20,000 nt of DNA from Perkinsus olseni (Eukaryota): positions 49,874 to 69,873 of the forward strand of contig JABANN010000113.1 in assembly GCA_013115125.1 (NCBI GenBank), read 5' to 3'. Positions 18,748-20,000 of this stretch are shown in pieces. Every line of letters starts with the position of its first letter. Within the stretch, counting starts at the first letter, position 1. The notes beneath the pieces are model-generated. The model saw nothing but the letters and a program-made list of their open reading frames with translations. It did no database searches and had not been told where the DNA came from. The position numbers and the translations under genes are program-made.

Positions 18748-20000
18748 CTGGCATATCCAGCTCTTGGCACAATGGCAAATTGTGTCATCGTGTCTCCACT
18801 ACTCTCCACTACGTGCCACCTCCACCCAAGCTGTCTCAGCTGTATCTCCTTATCATGATTTACTATCCTCCGCCACAATTACACGGCAGCCAAGGCAACC
18901 TACTCAAGGATACGATGAGTTCGTCTGCCTTGCTACCTCGAACTGCAGGACTCGATCGATTGCTGCAATCTCCGTAAGTATCGAGCTAGAATGGGTTCGT
19001 TGAAGGCGTCAGAGTCGCTGCCAAGGAAGAGGCCACGAAAACTTGTCGTTGCCTTTTGCATGGCGGTGACTCGTCGAGAGGGGATTCGTAATTGCTGCGC
19101 CCGGAGTCCGGTCTTCCTTCTGCTCCGCTGCTGCTTGCTCGGTGTTTAGTAGTGCCAATCTGGTAGCAGCCCGTTACGGCGTTTGAGGTCGCCGTACCGC
19201 GAAGGCGGCGCTCTGGCGACCAGAGCCTGATCGTCATTAGTCGCCGAACATGTGTTGGCTCTATTCAGAATGAAGCCGTTATCGGGGAGGACTGCATCGA
19301 CAGGTCGCTTGCCATTCCAAGGTGGGAGCCTTTCTCTGGCAGAGAATCTCTGCCTCGTCCATAGTTCACAGCCCTAGCCTAGGACCCCTAGGATACCCAT
19401 TCGATTCATTGTCGTTCGCTTCTCGAGTGTTACACACGAGAAGCGCACGATTGTCACACGCGGCGTGTGTGATTGATTCTCAAGTCCAACGCCGTAAACC
19501 GGCTTAGTGAGAATAGTCAGACTGGCACCGACGTATCTTGATTTAGGAGGGATTGGTTAAGGCGAGTTTGCCGTCCCAGAATTGTTTCGCTCGTCCGCCA
19601 AACTGAGGTTGGCAACCTCATGGAACTCCGCCTAGAAAGCAGAAGTCTGCGCTCGAGGCAGATGGCGATGGTCTTCAGGCACTTGGCACCCGCGTGGTCG
19701 TGTCACCGTGAGAGTCACCGAGGGAATGACAGTGGAGCGGAAAGGCTCGGCGTAAGATTGACGATTTTATGGCATCTGTTGCGCTGGGAATCTTTCGCAG
19801 TAGGGCACAGCTCGGCCTCGTTGACCCTTCTCTGTTCTATAGCGTGTATTCTCTTTTGCCCTGTAGCCCAGCTATGAAAATATCACCGATCAATAGCCCT
19901 TTGTTTTTAGCTATAGGGACTATACCATTCAGAAATCTATTTGGCGGATAAGGCCGCCTATTTGGGGGTCGAGGATTTCACGTTAGCGTTTGGAGAAAGC

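Noticed and set aside
1-20000. Remaining 60-150 aa ORFs as prokaryotic-style genes
   Set aside because: Overlap in multiple frames and strands, mostly non-ATG starts, no ribosome-binding sites or recognisable domains; consistent with chance ORFs.

Overview
Repeat-rich, eukaryote-type DNA (about 48% GC) with no intact operon, rRNA, CRISPR array or complete transposase/RT gene. TTTCAG acceptors, very short GT-AG intron candidates and periodic A/T tracts hint at a nematode-like invertebrate, but the organism cannot be fixed from the sequence. Most listed ORFs look incidental. Best-supported coding signals: a two-exon thioredoxin-fold domain with a non-canonical W-N-R-E-C motif (9453-9867, +), a decayed Ty3/gypsy-type gag with a tRNA-Lys-like PBS (17085-18612, -), a spectrin-repeat-like fragment (7348-7749, +) and a frameshifted minus-strand pseudogene with repeated AED exon-like modules (12.4-16.6 kb). 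Also present: a TIR/TSD-bounded MITE (15602-16068), a foldback element, several dispersed direct repeats and six degenerate tRNA-like relics in the first 8.4 kb. The most unusual window-wide signal is at least 15 sequence-unrelated perfect palindromes (9-24 bp arms), each with exactly one central unpaired base. The window reads as a mosaic of fragments, so amplification/assembly artefact or non-natural sequence should be excluded before a new system is claimed. All domain calls are by-eye motif recognition; no database searches were run.
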